This document shows positions 43,089 through 55,296 of a DNA stretch of 64,000 nt, in pieces. The stretch lies in NCBI RefSeq assembly GCF_009914755.1, contig NC_060941.1; one strand, written 5' to 3'. Made by a program: the position numbers and the translations under genes. Under the pieces are notes generated by a model that ran no database searches, was not told where the DNA came from, and saw only the letters and a list, made by a program, of their open reading frames with translations. This DNA is from the human T2T-CHM13v2.0 reference genome, Homo sapiens. The first letter of the stretch is position 1. Each line of letters starts with the position of its first letter.

Positions 43089-43963
43089 TGGGTCAGGGGA
43101 TGGATGAAATGCTAGGCCCTTTTTTTTGTTCATTTATGTCTTTTTATGCTTCAAACACTGCCTTGAATTCCCTTTGAACAAAGTAGTGGTTTAAACAAGA
43201 AAACTATCCCTCATTAGCTCTGTGAGTTAAGTATTATGATTATCCTGTAATTCAGATGGGGAACCCATGACTCTGAGAGGCAAAACATCTTGTGCAAGGT
43301 CACCTCTTTTCTAGCTAGGAAGGGGCCCAGCCAGGTTCCAAATCTTGATCTGTATAAGTTGACCCAAAACTCTCTCCACTGTACTAGCATGCTAAAGAGG
43401 CTGAGCATTTACCTGGGGGCATTCCACAGCATTTTCTACTTAAACTTAACCCTGAACATCTGAGCCCCAATATCTGCTCCACCCTCAAGGACACAGGCAC
43501 AGTCAGTATCTTTTCTAATAACATTCATTTACACTCCTTGATACATCACATTTCTTTTCTGGAATATTCCAACTAACACCTCTTGTCCCTCAGAGATGAA
43601 TGGACCAGGCTGGGTAAGGCAGGGCATGAAGTCTTTCTAACACAAAACCAAATCATATAAGTAAGGGCAGTGTCCCAGTGGTCTGTCAGCTCAGCTTTCT
43701 GCTACTCTGATCCTGATTCTGATCTCCATACCCCAAATGCACATAAATGCAAAATTATGTACACACACAGACTCCATGTGTGTACATAATTTTGCTTTTA
43801 TTGATTGTAAGCTTCATGAGAACAGATACCATAGCTGATTTATTCCCCCAGAGAACAAGTGGTCTAATTCATTGTGTTGTGATATTCACTGTTTTGCATG
43901 TGTCAACTCTTCATAGTCCAATGCCTGGGCTCCACAAAGTCATACAAACTCTGACTCTATCTT

Positions 43964-44512
43964 TGTGAGCATGGTATGCAGCTTCTAAGAAGTCTCCCAA
44001 AGGTCTTGCCTCCTGAAATTTATGACCTTTTAAAATTCCCTCCCCTTGAGCATGAGTTGGATCTAGTGACTTTCTTCTAGTGAATAGAGTGTGGATGTCT
44101 CTTCCAAGATTAGGTTACCAAAAGATTCTGGCTTCTGCTTTGTTCACCTCCTTTGCCTTCTTGCTTGCTCGCTCTCATTGCAGGCCAGCTGCCATGTTTA
44201 TGAAGCAGGGCAGCCTCAGCCACCAGACAGTGAGGAACTGAGACTCTCAGTCCAACAGCCTGAAAGGAACTGAACCCTGCCAACAACCTCCCGAGTGAGA
44301 TTGGAAGCAGATTCTTCCCCCTGAGGCTTGAGATGATGATAGCCCCAGCACCCAAGACCCTGGGCCAGAGGACTCTGCTAAGCCACACCCAGAATCCTGC
44401 CCCACAGAAACTGTGAAATAATAAGTGTTTGTTCCTTTAACCACTGAATTTAAAGGAGGGGGGTAATTTATTATACCAGCGTAAATAACCACACCAGCAT
44501 AGATATCTAATA
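43964..44512 (+). mobile_element. MaLR solo LTR (MLT1E-like)
   Basis: CCCTCCCCTTGAGCATGAG...GAGGAACTGAGACTCTCAGTCCAACAGCC...GGAACTGAACCCTGCCAACAACC...CCCACAGAAACTGTGAAATAATAA. Confidence 0.85.
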
Positions 44513-44674
44513 CTAACAACTAATCTGATACCTACTGAACATTTGCTCTTTGCCAATAACTCTAAGAGAAAAGAGAGATGATCCACTCCGTCTCCTCTAA
44601 ATATTTTCAATCTGTGAGTCAGCTAGTAAGAATAGATCATTATAATTCACCTAAAAATTATGGTAAAGTTGTTA

Positions 44675-44840
44675 TTCATTGGCAGAGTAAACAAACAAGG
44701 CAAGTCACATGGCCAAACCCAAAGTTAAGGGGAAGGGAAATATATTCCCACCTCTTTGGTGGGAGGAACTGCAAAGTCACGTGACAAAGAATATAGCTAC
44801 AGGAAGGAATGAGGAATTAGAACCTGAAATGCAATCTACT
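44675..44840 (-). mobile_element. MLT1I/J-like LTR fragment
   Basis: GCAAGTCACATGGCCAAACCC...GGGAGGAACTGCAAAGTCAC...GCAATCTAC. Confidence 0.7.
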
Positions 44841-45404
44841 CTAAAGGCCTATGGCAGTTTAGAAGAACAAACATACATACATTTAATTTGGCATAAAAGG
44901 GAGCCTGGGAGGAAATGTATCAAACGTAGACACTGGGTGATGGGGGATTACACATGATCCCTATTCCTTCTTTATGTTTTTTCTATCTCCAAATATTCTA
45001 CAATGATTGTGTTTTCATTTAAAGTAAGAAAAAAATGTTACTAAAAATATGAGAAGGGCCTTGGGGCATGAAAAAGGGGGAAATTATTTCTGGCTGAGAG
45101 AGCCAGAGCACCTAAAGGCAGGTAACATGGAGCTGGCATTGAAAAATAAGTTCTTCAGCATAGGAGTGTGATAAGGCTGTTTTAGATCCAGAAAACAGAA
45201 TAAGCCCCTAATCCAGGAGTGGGACTTGCCTGAAAGCTGTTATGACAGTGAGTACACCTTAGCCAGGGGCATCGATAGGTAAGTGACTAGCAGTGGTGAA
45301 CTCACCTTGTCGAAAGCAGAGTAGGGAAGAATCGAGTATTATGCCAAGAGTCTCAAACATCAGACACAGAAGGGATTTTAGACAGCAAAACAGCCCCTTC
45401 ATTT

Positions 45405-45488
45405 TGTTCAGTTGGACCATATGAAATTACTGATATTTGGTCGTTTTTAACCTCAGAATATAGCAATTTCATATGGTCCAACCTAATA
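45405..45488. mobile_element. MADE2 (mariner-derived MITE), inserted in a MIR-like element
   Basis: Perfect 18-bp IR GTTGGACCATATGAAATT (45411-45428) / AATTTCATATGGTCCAAC (45465-45482); ~80 bp; ends CCTAATA. Confidence 0.85.
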
Positions 45489-46291
45489 TCAAGGAGGAAA
45501 TCGAACTTAAAGAGGGTGCGTGATTTTTGCACAGCCACAGAGAAAGTATCAAAGCCAGAATATGTTCAATGCCATTTAAAGAGTAAGGAAATGAAGATGA
45601 GTCCAATATGTTTAAGCCTCCCCTATGAGTAGGTCAGATGAGGGCAGGTTTGGTGAGGGATATCTTAGAACCTCAGAAATGCCAACCGTGGAGGGTTTTA
45701 CTGTGTACACATTGTCAGGCTCCTAGTAAAGGAAGCACTTAATATTCACTGTCATCCTAAATAAAGCAGGTGCCTCTGGCTTTGTCTTTAAAGACCTTCT
45801 GCAGAAAAGCATGAGGTGAGCAGGGTTGTAGAAGTTCCTTGTAGGCAGAGAGGATATCACATTCTTCTCTGTGGTGTCTACAGGTCATAGCACAATTCTA
45901 GGTAGGAGGCCACTGTTCAATCATGTCTGCCAAATCCAATGCCAGCTATCTCTTCACTTCCATCCTCCTAGGTGCTGGGGCTCAGCCAGCTGTCACTGCT
46001 TTATCTCCCACTGTCCCAGGTCAGAAGAAGTCTTTCTGATCTTGTTCTGTAACTTTTATTTTTAGTTAAGAAGCTTTGGTGGCAGGGGGTGGGGCCAAGA
46101 GAAGCAAGGATAGGGACAGTGCAGTCATCAAGGGGTCTGAAGCTCAGGGGTGGCTCCTCTGAGCCACTTTTTGTATTGCATTTAGAAAACATAGGTTTTT
46201 ATAAGAAAACAAGGGGCAAATCCATCCCTATCCCGGGGGGATTTGGGAGCAAGCATTAGCCTCCTAAGAGGGTTCACAAGTTTATACTTAG

Positions 46292-46363
46292 TCTCTCTCT
46301 CTCTCTTTTTCTCTCTCTCTCTGACACACACACATACACGCACACACACACACAAGCACACAC
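46292..46363. repeat. (CT)n-(CA)n compound microsatellite
   Basis: Directly visible. Confidence 0.9.
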
Positions 46364-47329
46364 CCCTTTCGTATCAAGCACCAGGTTGAGTAGGTCAGAA
46401 AGGAATGGTACCATTGTTCCCTGTTTATGCCTGCTTTTCAAGAGACTGCCCCAGAAAGTCACTTCTCTACCCTTCCCCTACCTGAAAATGAGATTAGAAC
46501 TTGCCCTTGATTTTGCCCCAGGACCGGTCCAGCTCAGAATGCTCACAGCAGGGCCATTCAACACCCACTAATCATTTCTTCCTATCTTCCCATGAGATTA
46601 TAATACCCTGGGCTCTGGCTCCTGGTACAGCCTGACTGTGTTAGGCCCCGACACTCTCCAGCCACTGCGAAATACCCTGGAAAAAACAGGTCCTGGAAAA
46701 AAAAAAAGATCTCCTTAAGGAGCTGCAGCCTCAAACTCCTATTTCACCAATGATATTGGTGGGGTTGGGGGGAGGGAATATAGGGATTGAGTTGACCTGG
46801 AAGAAGGGGGATCTGGAAGTAGCCCTTCCTAGGTCCTCTGCACATTGCAGACCTCTGCCCTAATGTAAGCTGCACATGGGGGGACTCCGGCCCTTGAAAA
46901 TTCCTCCTCCCATTTGACAGGGCCAAGCCAGGCACCCAGCAACAACCCAGTCCCTCAGGAACCCCAACTGCAAAGCTTCCAAGCCTCTCCTGAATCAGAG
47001 TGTCTCAGCTTCACCTTCTGATTGCCCACGAAAAGGAGACTGGCCCACCTCTGAGTTACATCCAGCCAAGCTTCAGGCTTGGGACCCACTTGCCTCTCTT
47101 TCTCTTCCCAGCTCTTGTTTCCACCAAACAGAGCTTCTCCTGAATGTGGGCTGTAGCACTAAAGCCTCAGAGAAGAGGTTGATTCTCTGATTCTTTCCAG
47201 CTGTCAGAGAGGCCAGCTAAGAATAACTGCACCCAAAATAGTACTTGGGATGATTTAGGTGTGGCTCAGCCCAGAGGCAGGTGGATGGACTAGATGACCT
47301 GTGGGAGTCTTGTACCCTCCTTGGACACC

Positions 47330-47735
47330 TCATTCATTCAAAAAAAATATGCTGAACACCTACTATGTGCCAGGCACTAGGCTATGTGCTGGGGATGCAA
47401 TGTGAAGAAAATACATGGAGCTCTCAGTTCAATAAGTAAACCACAGCCCCACCTCTGCCCTCATCCCCTCCCCTGCTGTAGTCTGCTTCTGTAGGTACTG
47501 CCTCTGTGCTATAGCACTATGTTCAAACCTCTGGCCTAGCTTGTAACACCATTTTATACTTAACCATCTCTTCAGTGGCTCCCCTACTAGATTCTGAATT
47601 CTGGAGACAAGAATCATTTCTGTATCCCCAGAGCTTGGTACATTGACTGGCCCATTGTAGATGTAGAATAAAGATAAATGGGTGAATGGATAGATGGATC
47701 GATGGATAATGGGTGGATAAATAGATGGATGGATC
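47330..47735. mobile_element. Two L2 3' ends in opposite orientations, with a GGAT tail
   Basis: TGAACACCTACTATGTGCCAGGCACT (minus); CCCCTACTAGATTCTGAATTC...TCTGTATCCCCAG (plus). Confidence 0.7.
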
Positions 47736-48603
47736 AAGTACTTTATGGAGATCTTGACTAGTATGAGTTTTCTTCTATCTGCTTCTTTTGTGGACTCCAT
47801 TTGGTTTGGCTCTACTATACAGATTTAGGCCATATGAATTTTAAATATAAGACGTCTAAACTGAACATCTGAGGGAGCATAACGATGGAAAAAGCAGTGT
47901 ATGGCATACAGGCTGAGGCTTCTTACTCCCACACCAGTGGCCTGCTAAGTCCGGACATGCCCTCAGAGTCCTTCTTAACACAGTTCATAGGACATTTGCA
48001 GCCTACCACTAAAAGTGTTAGGTATGTTAAAGCTTGTTTGCCATCCATGAACTAGGAGATCAGATTTGGCAAGGGGAGGCAGAGGTTAGGCTCTGATAGA
48101 TCACTGAAATCAAATGACAGGTTTGATGCTCCTAAAATGAAGTCTTCAATGAACAGTCCTGTGCTATTGGAGCTGACACTAAGAAGTACTTACAAAATAC
48201 ATTGGCATTTGCATCCAGATGCTAGTTAATGATTTTTGTCCTATTTATTGATTAATGGATTGCTTACTTATTTCCACAAGAAACTCTGGAATTCCCAAAG
48301 TTCCCCATGGAATCTCAGAACTTCCAAAGCCATCCCTAGAGAGGATGAAATTCTAATTATGTCACCATCTCGCTCAGAGCCCCTATGGCTCTCCATCACC
48401 TACATGAAAAAATTGCAGCTCCGTAGCAGGCTATTCCCAACCCTCCATAAAATCCAAGGTACAGCCACAGTGGACTGCCTGCCAATCAGCCACTTTCTAC
48501 AATGAGAACTTTGCCTTCACTTTCTCCTTCCCTAGGAATCCTGATTCCCCATCTCTTCCTCGTTTAAATATGCACGTTCTTGTGACAACATGGAAATGCT
48601 TCT

Positions 48604-48884
48604 GGCCAGGAGCGATGGCTCATGCCTGTAACCCCTTTGGGAGGCCGAGGTGGGTGGATCACTTGAGGACAGGAGTTCGAGACCAGCGTGGCCAACATGG
48701 TGAAACCCCATCTCTACTAAAAATACAAAAATTAGTCGGGCTTGATGCTGGCATGTAGTCCCAGCTACTCAGGAGGCTGAGGCAGGAGAATCACTTGAAC
48801 CTCAGAGGTTGAGGTTGCAGTGAGCAGAGATTGTGCCACTGCACTCCAGCCTGGGTGACAGAGCGAGACTCAGTAAGAAAAGAA
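48604..48884 (+). mobile_element. AluS (Sz-like) with small internal deletions
   Basis: Dimer with short tail; TSD AAATGCTTC. Confidence 0.95.
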
Positions 48885-49453
48885 AAATGCTTCCAATTAA
48901 TGATTCACTTAAAAAAAAACACAAGAATGTCTGCTTAATATGATAGCACATGATGTGACAAACAATAGTTATGAAGAAGCAATAGCAGAGAAAAAGCTGA
49001 CAAGAAAAGCGGCCAAATGCCAACCAAACTAAAGTTGGTGGTATGAAAATGTGAGTAATATTTCTTCTTTATTCTATTTTCTAAATGGCTTCTAAGGTAG
49101 TTCTGTTGCTTTTCTATTGAGATCATTAGATTCAGCCAACGTCTACTACAGGACGGGAATTAAGATATTTCTAAACCTTACACCTCTACCACAGCCCAGT
49201 CCAAATATTACTACCTTGAAGATGCTTTCCACGACTAGCCTCTGACTGTCCCAAACCCGTAAGACACAGAATCTTACCCCTCTGTGTCTCATAGACCTTC
49301 ATTAATATCTATTAAAGGAGTTACCAGGCTCAGTCTTAAATCATAGATGATTTTATGCATTCCTGTCTCCAGCTTTGTGATGGTATGACTTTTTTTAATT
49401 AATAAATGAAAGAATGGTCATGTTTTTAGCCTGCACTTGTGTTAGAAAATATG

Positions 49454-49491
49454 ATATAATATAATATAATATAATATAATATAATATAATA
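49454..49491. repeat. (ATAAT)n pentanucleotide
   Basis: About 7 units. Confidence 0.9.
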
Positions 49492-50559
49492 CAAATTATT
49501 ACATTCTCATAACTACTTTTTTACCCCTTCTCAATATCTTCCCCAACCTCCAAAAATTATTCCAAATCCCAGGCATTATTTGTCAAGACCAAAAGGTAGG
49601 GATATTCAGGGTAGAGACTGCCCAGATCTAGCACATATTGGCCTTTAAAACAAGTAAAAATAACTACTTAGGTAATTAATTTGTGGGAAATATTAAAACC
49701 TACTCTTGGTTGGAAGCTGTACACTTATCTGTGGAATTTAAGCATTCAGCCCGTTGGATGAAGAATTAGGTGTGCCAATGATACTGACAATAATAAGAGA
49801 ATGTGCCTTCACTCCCAACTGAGACTGTGCAGAATTACCCATCGGACTCACACAGGTATGGCATAATTGGTGGAGGATTATTTGTTTGAACTTGCAAAAT
49901 GGATTTCTGAAATGTTTGAGCTGGTGCTAGAAGTGTTTTCAAAGTGCCTGTATACTCACCTTAAACACACACATTATTAAGGGATTTCATTTGACATTTA
50001 ACAATTTTGTATATTAATATTGCCCTCTTTCCCCTAAATGGCCTAATCTGTCTAAATCCACAGCATCAAAAGTCATTACACAGAAAGAACAAGATGTTGC
50101 CAGAGCCACTATGGCCCAGCATTGAATTTGCGTGAGCTGAGATGATTCAGGGAGATTTATATCCTGTTATTTCCTGAACTCAGAGCAAAACCTCACAGGT
50201 TCAAGATTTTGAAAAGCATTTGTCTGAGCAATCTCACTTCATCACTTTGAAAGGGATGGTGTCTCTGCCATCTGCTTAAGCAGCAATGCCTTCATGAAAA
50301 GGAAAAAAATCTCCCTCTCCTCTCTCTCTCTCTCTCTCTCTCCAGCTAAGTATGTGAACACTAGGGTGAATTCCAAGGCCTATGGCCACTGGGAAAACAG
50401 GATCTTTACTCAATCTTCCTTCCCCTGGAAAATTTTCTTTTACTTCTTCCCTGGGTTCCTATGACATGGAAAGAAAATTGCAGAGAGTTTAGGCGGCACT
50501 TTGGATTCTGAAATCATTGCTTTGTTCTCACTAGCAAATGACATAAAGGTTCAGACTAG

Positions 50560-50753
50560 AGTAGTGGTTTTAATCATTTTTGAGCCACACACACTTTTGA
50601 GAATCCGACGAGAACTATGTGTTCTCTCACTAAAGAAAACTAGATATGTGAATATGCGCGAAGTTTTGCTTGCAAATATAGGTGGTTCTTGGTGGTGAAT
50701 TACTCATCCATGACTTTCTCAAGGATCTATGAACCCCAGCTTAAATATCTCTG
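50560..50753. mobile_element. MER117-like hAT-Charlie element
   Basis: TTTGAGAATCCGACGAGAACTATG...AGAAAA...TTTTGC...ATGAACCCCAG.TTAA. Confidence 0.5.
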
Positions 50754-51287
50754 ATCTAAATAACCAACACTTGCATGGCTCTTTGGTTTACAAAGTATTT
50801 TCAAATCTGTCTCTCATTTGACAACTTAGTAAACTTGTCACCCACTTCACTTTCATACAAAAAAAAATATGTTGTCAACCTGGCTCACAAGAAATGTATT
50901 TTGACTTGCTGCTCTCAAATCTTAATTTTCATCCACCCTGCATATTAAATTGCACTTTGAAAATTTAGATTCTATTTGTTATATTTGTAAAACTAACTTG
51001 TTGCTGTTAATTTCTTTGTATTGTTTGTTTGTTTTACTATTAATGTGGAAAGATCACAGGCTGCATTCAAAGGGCTGGGCTGGCATCTGGATGCTACCAT
51101 CGCCAAACACCTACAGGGAAGGTCCAGAGGATTTCATGAGTCACACTAGGATTCTCCTCCTAGTCCCCAGCGGGCATGTCAGTATCTTGGAACACATTTC
51201 AGTATACCTATTGTTTCCATAAAACAAACTACAAAGAGGAGTCAAGCTACAAAATATTCCAGACTAGTGGCACTGAGCAGAAGATAG

Positions 51288-51618
<331 letters not shown>

Positions 51619-52072
51619 ATGAAGTTTTATTTTAATGATTTCTTAACTGCTGAGATAATGATTTGAAGTGTCTATCCCAATGTTAGTTTCCTAGTCCTCT
51701 ATCTTTGAGTGGGAGGCTATGAAATTAAAGAACCCAATTGTTTTACCAAATATTCTGAATTATTAATAGATTATCAGAACGAAGGCATGGATGCTGTCAC
51801 AGGCTAAATATGAACCTGGCCAGAATCCAAGCCTCTTACCACCTGGAAGAACCTACTGGACCACCACTTACACATTGCCTAATATCTCTGCTCCAAAGCG
51901 CTACCCCATCTTTGCTCACTGCATCCCAGCCTTCTGCCCAGCTGGGCTGTTGGCTGAATGTGGTCAGGGCCAGAATGAAAAGTAGGCAAAGTGGACAGCT
52001 TAAGGACCTCCTGTATCTTTGTCTCCAGCCTCAGATGGAGAGTCCAGGGCCAGAGCTCACCTATACAGTACC

Positions 52073-52116
<44 letters not shown>

Positions 52117-52618
52117 CTTTAAGTTCTAGGATACATGTGCACAACGTGCAGGTTTGTTATATAAGTATACGTGTGCCATGTTGGTTTGCTGCACCCATCA
52201 ACTCGTCATTTACATTAGGTAATTCTCCTAATGCTATCCCTCCAACCCCCCGACAGGCCCCAGTGTGTAATGTTCCCCACCCTCTGTCCATGTGTTCTCG
52301 TTGTTCAACTCCCACCTATGAGTAAGAACATGTGGTGTTTGGTTCTCTGTCCTTGTGATAGTTTGCTTAGAATGATGGTTTCCAGCTTCATCCATGTCCC
52401 TGCAAAGGACATGAACTCATCCTTTTTTAAGGCTGCATAGTATTCCACGGTGTATATATGCCACATTTTCTTAATCTAGTCTATCACTGATGGATATTTG
52501 GGTTGGTTCCAAGTCTTTGCTATTGTGAATAGTACCACAATAAACATACGAGTACATGTGTCTTTATAGTAGCATGATTTATAATCCTTTGGGTATATAC
52601 CCAGTAATGGGATCACTG
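52073..52618 (-). mobile_element. Primate L1PA (about PA5-PA8) 3' end, 5' truncated
   Basis: (TTA)n tail then TACTTTAAGTTCTAGG.TACATGTGCACAACGTGCAGG; the minus strand translates to an ORF2 C-terminus (IPLLGIYPKDYKSC...MWHIYT.EYYAA.KKDEFMSFAGTWMKLE) with an in-frame stop. Confidence 0.95.
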
Positions 52619-52959
52619 TGACTTAGAATAAGATGCCTCCTCTGGGAGAACTGATTAGAAAAGGTAGTCCAACTAGCCTGCCCCAACCCGGAAGGCACAC
52701 GACTTGACAATCAGAAGGACTGAATTTCAGCCTTTGTGCTCCCCAAGACCTGGTGCTTTTGATCAGTTAATAGACTGAATAACCTGGGAGCAAGCCTCCC
52801 CTTCAGGTCACAGTTATTCTTCTTGCAGAGGACTTAGGCCTATGAGCATAGGAGTCAACAACCCCAAACAGGGAGGAGGCCAAATGGCTCCAGTCTGGGA
52901 TTAGATGCTACAAACCCTGCTCTTTAGTGCTGCTGTTATTGACCATCATCATGCATTTA

Positions 52960-53180
52960 ATTAACAAATAATTAATGAGCCCATTCCATATACCAGCTAC
53001 ATGAAGTAAATTGAGTAGGTTTTCATTTGCTTCTTACAAAATCTCAGCAAGATAATAATTATTATTCCCATTTTGTAAGGAAGTAAACTGAGGCTCAGAG
53101 AGACTAGGTCATTTGCTCAAGGTCATACAGCTAATAAATGGCAGGACTGGGATGCAAACCCACTTGTGTCTGACTTCACA
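52960..53180 (-). mobile_element. MIR SINE
   Basis: AAACTGAGGCTCAGAGAGACTAGGTCATTTGCTCAAGGTCATACAGCTAATAAATGGCAG. Confidence 0.85.
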
Positions 53181-53211
53181 GTCTCCTGTGGACCCACCCT
53201 ATGCCTTAAGC

Positions 53212-53397
53212 CAGTGATTGTCAAACCTGGTTGTATGCTGGACTAACCTGCAGAGGTTTTAAATCATATCCATACCTGTGCCTCTCACAGAGATATTTAT
53301 TTAACTGGTTTGGGGTAGCATTGGGCATCAGGGTTTTCGTTATTGTTTGAAATCTTCCCTGGTAGTTCCAATGTGCATCCAGGGTTAAGAACCACAG
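53212..53397. mobile_element. MER5A/B (hAT-Charlie)
   Basis: CAGTGATTGTCAAAC...TTCCAATGTGCATCCAGGGTTAAGAACCACAG termini. Confidence 0.75.
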
Positions 53398-53651
53398 ACC
53401 TGGGTGAATTGCCATCCTAGTCACACTCAACCCATTTCCTTCCAAATATCCAAAGAGACAGGTGTTCAGCCAGAGTGAAATTTGATATGGCCTCAGACAA
53501 GATTCCCATTTCCAAAGTGTAACTCCACTCCCTGCCTTTCCTTTAGACCTTGAATGTTTCCAGTGTCCCCATTTTTTAATATTAAATGATACCTAATTAT
53601 TCTGATGCATCTTAGTGGGTACTAGCTGCCAACCAATAACAAGAATAGAGT

Positions 53652-53973
53652 TTGTTGTTGTTATTGTTGTTGTTGTTGTTGTTGTTGTTGTTAAGATGGA
53701 ATCTCACTCTGTCACCCAGGCTGGACTGCAGTGTAGTGATCTCAGCTCACTACAACCTCCATCTCCTGGGTTCAAGCAATTCTCATGCCTCAGCCTCTCA
53801 GTAGCTGGGATCACAGGTACCTGCCACCACACCCAGATAACTTTTGTATTTTTAGTAGAGACAGGGTTTCACCATGCTGACCAGGCTGGTCTTGAACTTC
53901 TGACCTCAAGTGATCTGCCTGCATCGGCCTCCGAAAGTGTTGGGATTACAGGTGTGAGCCACCACAGCTGGCC
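53652..53973 (-). mobile_element. AluSz-like with (TTG)n tail
   Basis: Antisense dimer; perfect TSD AAGAATAGAGT. Confidence 0.97.
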
Positions 53974-54048
53974 AAGAATAGAGTATTAAAAAGGAGGTTG
54001 GTGGGGTGGGAACAACCAGGAAACAGGGAAAACAACAGTAGAGGAGAT

Positions 54049-54308
54049 AACTGAGTTTGGGGCTTCTTTGTTACTCAGCATTATTGCAGCAATAGCTGAC
54101 TGACATACCACCAAACCATGTTTTAGTTAACATCTATTTAATAGCCAATTGAACAAACATTTCAAGGAATACATTTTAGAAAGTGCTTCTCTAGGAATAT
54201 CTGAGGCAAGTCCAGCATTCCCAGCTTTATGTGCCTCCTTAGCCTCACCGTTCAGAGGGCACGGCCTTTGTTTAGTGTTTAATATGGGCGGCTCATCTCC
54301 CTGCACAA
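54049..54308 (+). repeat. Dispersed duplicate (copy 1) of 55236-55496
   Basis: Manual alignment gives about 22 differences in 260 bp. Confidence 0.95.
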
Positions 54309-54309
54309 T

Positions 54310-54470
54310 AGTAATACAATAATAATAATAGCAGACCTATGGTCCTGTTCTAAGCACTATACAAGTTATAACTCAACTGCTCTTCAGGGTAGGTATATCT
54401 ACTTCCCCTATTTTACAGATTAGGAAACGGAAGCACAGAGAGGTGAAATAACTTGCCCAGGGTTACCCAG
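54310..54470 (-). mobile_element. MIR SINE
   Basis: CCCCTATTTTACAGATTAGGAAACGGAAGCACAGAGAGGTGAAATAACTTGCCCAGGGT. Confidence 0.85.
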
Positions 54471-54870
54471 ACAGACAACCTGACACCAGAGTATATGTCC
54501 TTCATTTTGGCCTCATGACAGTTTTCCTCAAGACTCTGTCTGCCTATTTTCTCTGCCCCACTCAGGGTCATATTTCTGAGGGTCACTCGAGCACTGCTTC
54601 ATCCCTCTCTGCCTAGCCTAGTGTAGTCAAGGCACCTTAGCAAGTGTCGGGAGAGAGAAAGAGCCCTTGTCTGATAATTACAAGGTCTAGGGTCTCACTG
54701 CAGGACTGCTACTAAGTGGCTACAAATCCTGAGCAAGTTATTTTCCTCTCTGGGTTTAAGTTTCCTTCTTTTCAAATGAGGGCTCTACATTGAATCATCT
54801 ATAAAGATTCTGAAAAGTCCTGCAATAAATCAAACTAACTCACCAGGATTCCCTAAACTAAAAATGACCA

Positions 54871-55296
54871 CGGTGGTAGATTGCATTATTGCTCCCAATT
54901 TTTCACCCCTCCCTGTATCCACAATCTCTGCCATGACTTTGCAGTTCCTGCCACTAGAGGTGGAGTATATTTCCCTGCTTTGTTAATACTGGGCTTGGCC
55001 ATGTGACTTAGTCTGGGCAATGGGATGTTAATGGGCATGACCTGAGAAAAGGCTTGAAATATATTTATGCAGGTTAGTTTGCCCACTTATTCTTCCATAA
55101 CCATGAGAAAACCATGCCCTGGGAAGCCTACTGATCCCAGAAGAATGAGAGACTTGTGGAGCAGAGGCATTCCATCCAGCTGCCCCACAGGTCTGTAGGC
55201 ATACTTTAAAAATAGTCATAAATATTATTGTCAGCAACTCAGTTTGGGGCTGCTTTGTTACTCAGCATTATTGCAGCAATAGCTAACTGATATACC
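54871..55296 (+). mobile_element. MaLR solo LTR (MLT1I/J-like)
   Basis: Starts TGGTAGATTGCATTATTGCTCCCAAT, contains GGCTTGGCCATGTGACTT, ends TTGTTACTCAGCATTATTGCAGCAATAGCTAACTGATA. Confidence 0.85.

Noticed and set aside
51810-52440. 171-aa ORF with poly-Tyr and the overlapping ORF
   Set aside because: Poly-Y comes from the (TTA)n L1 tail; the rest is antisense L1 3' UTR
54945-54968. CTCF-like GCCACTAGAGGTGG
   Set aside because: Mismatched at the critical GGC positions and part of ordinary MLT1 LTR sequence
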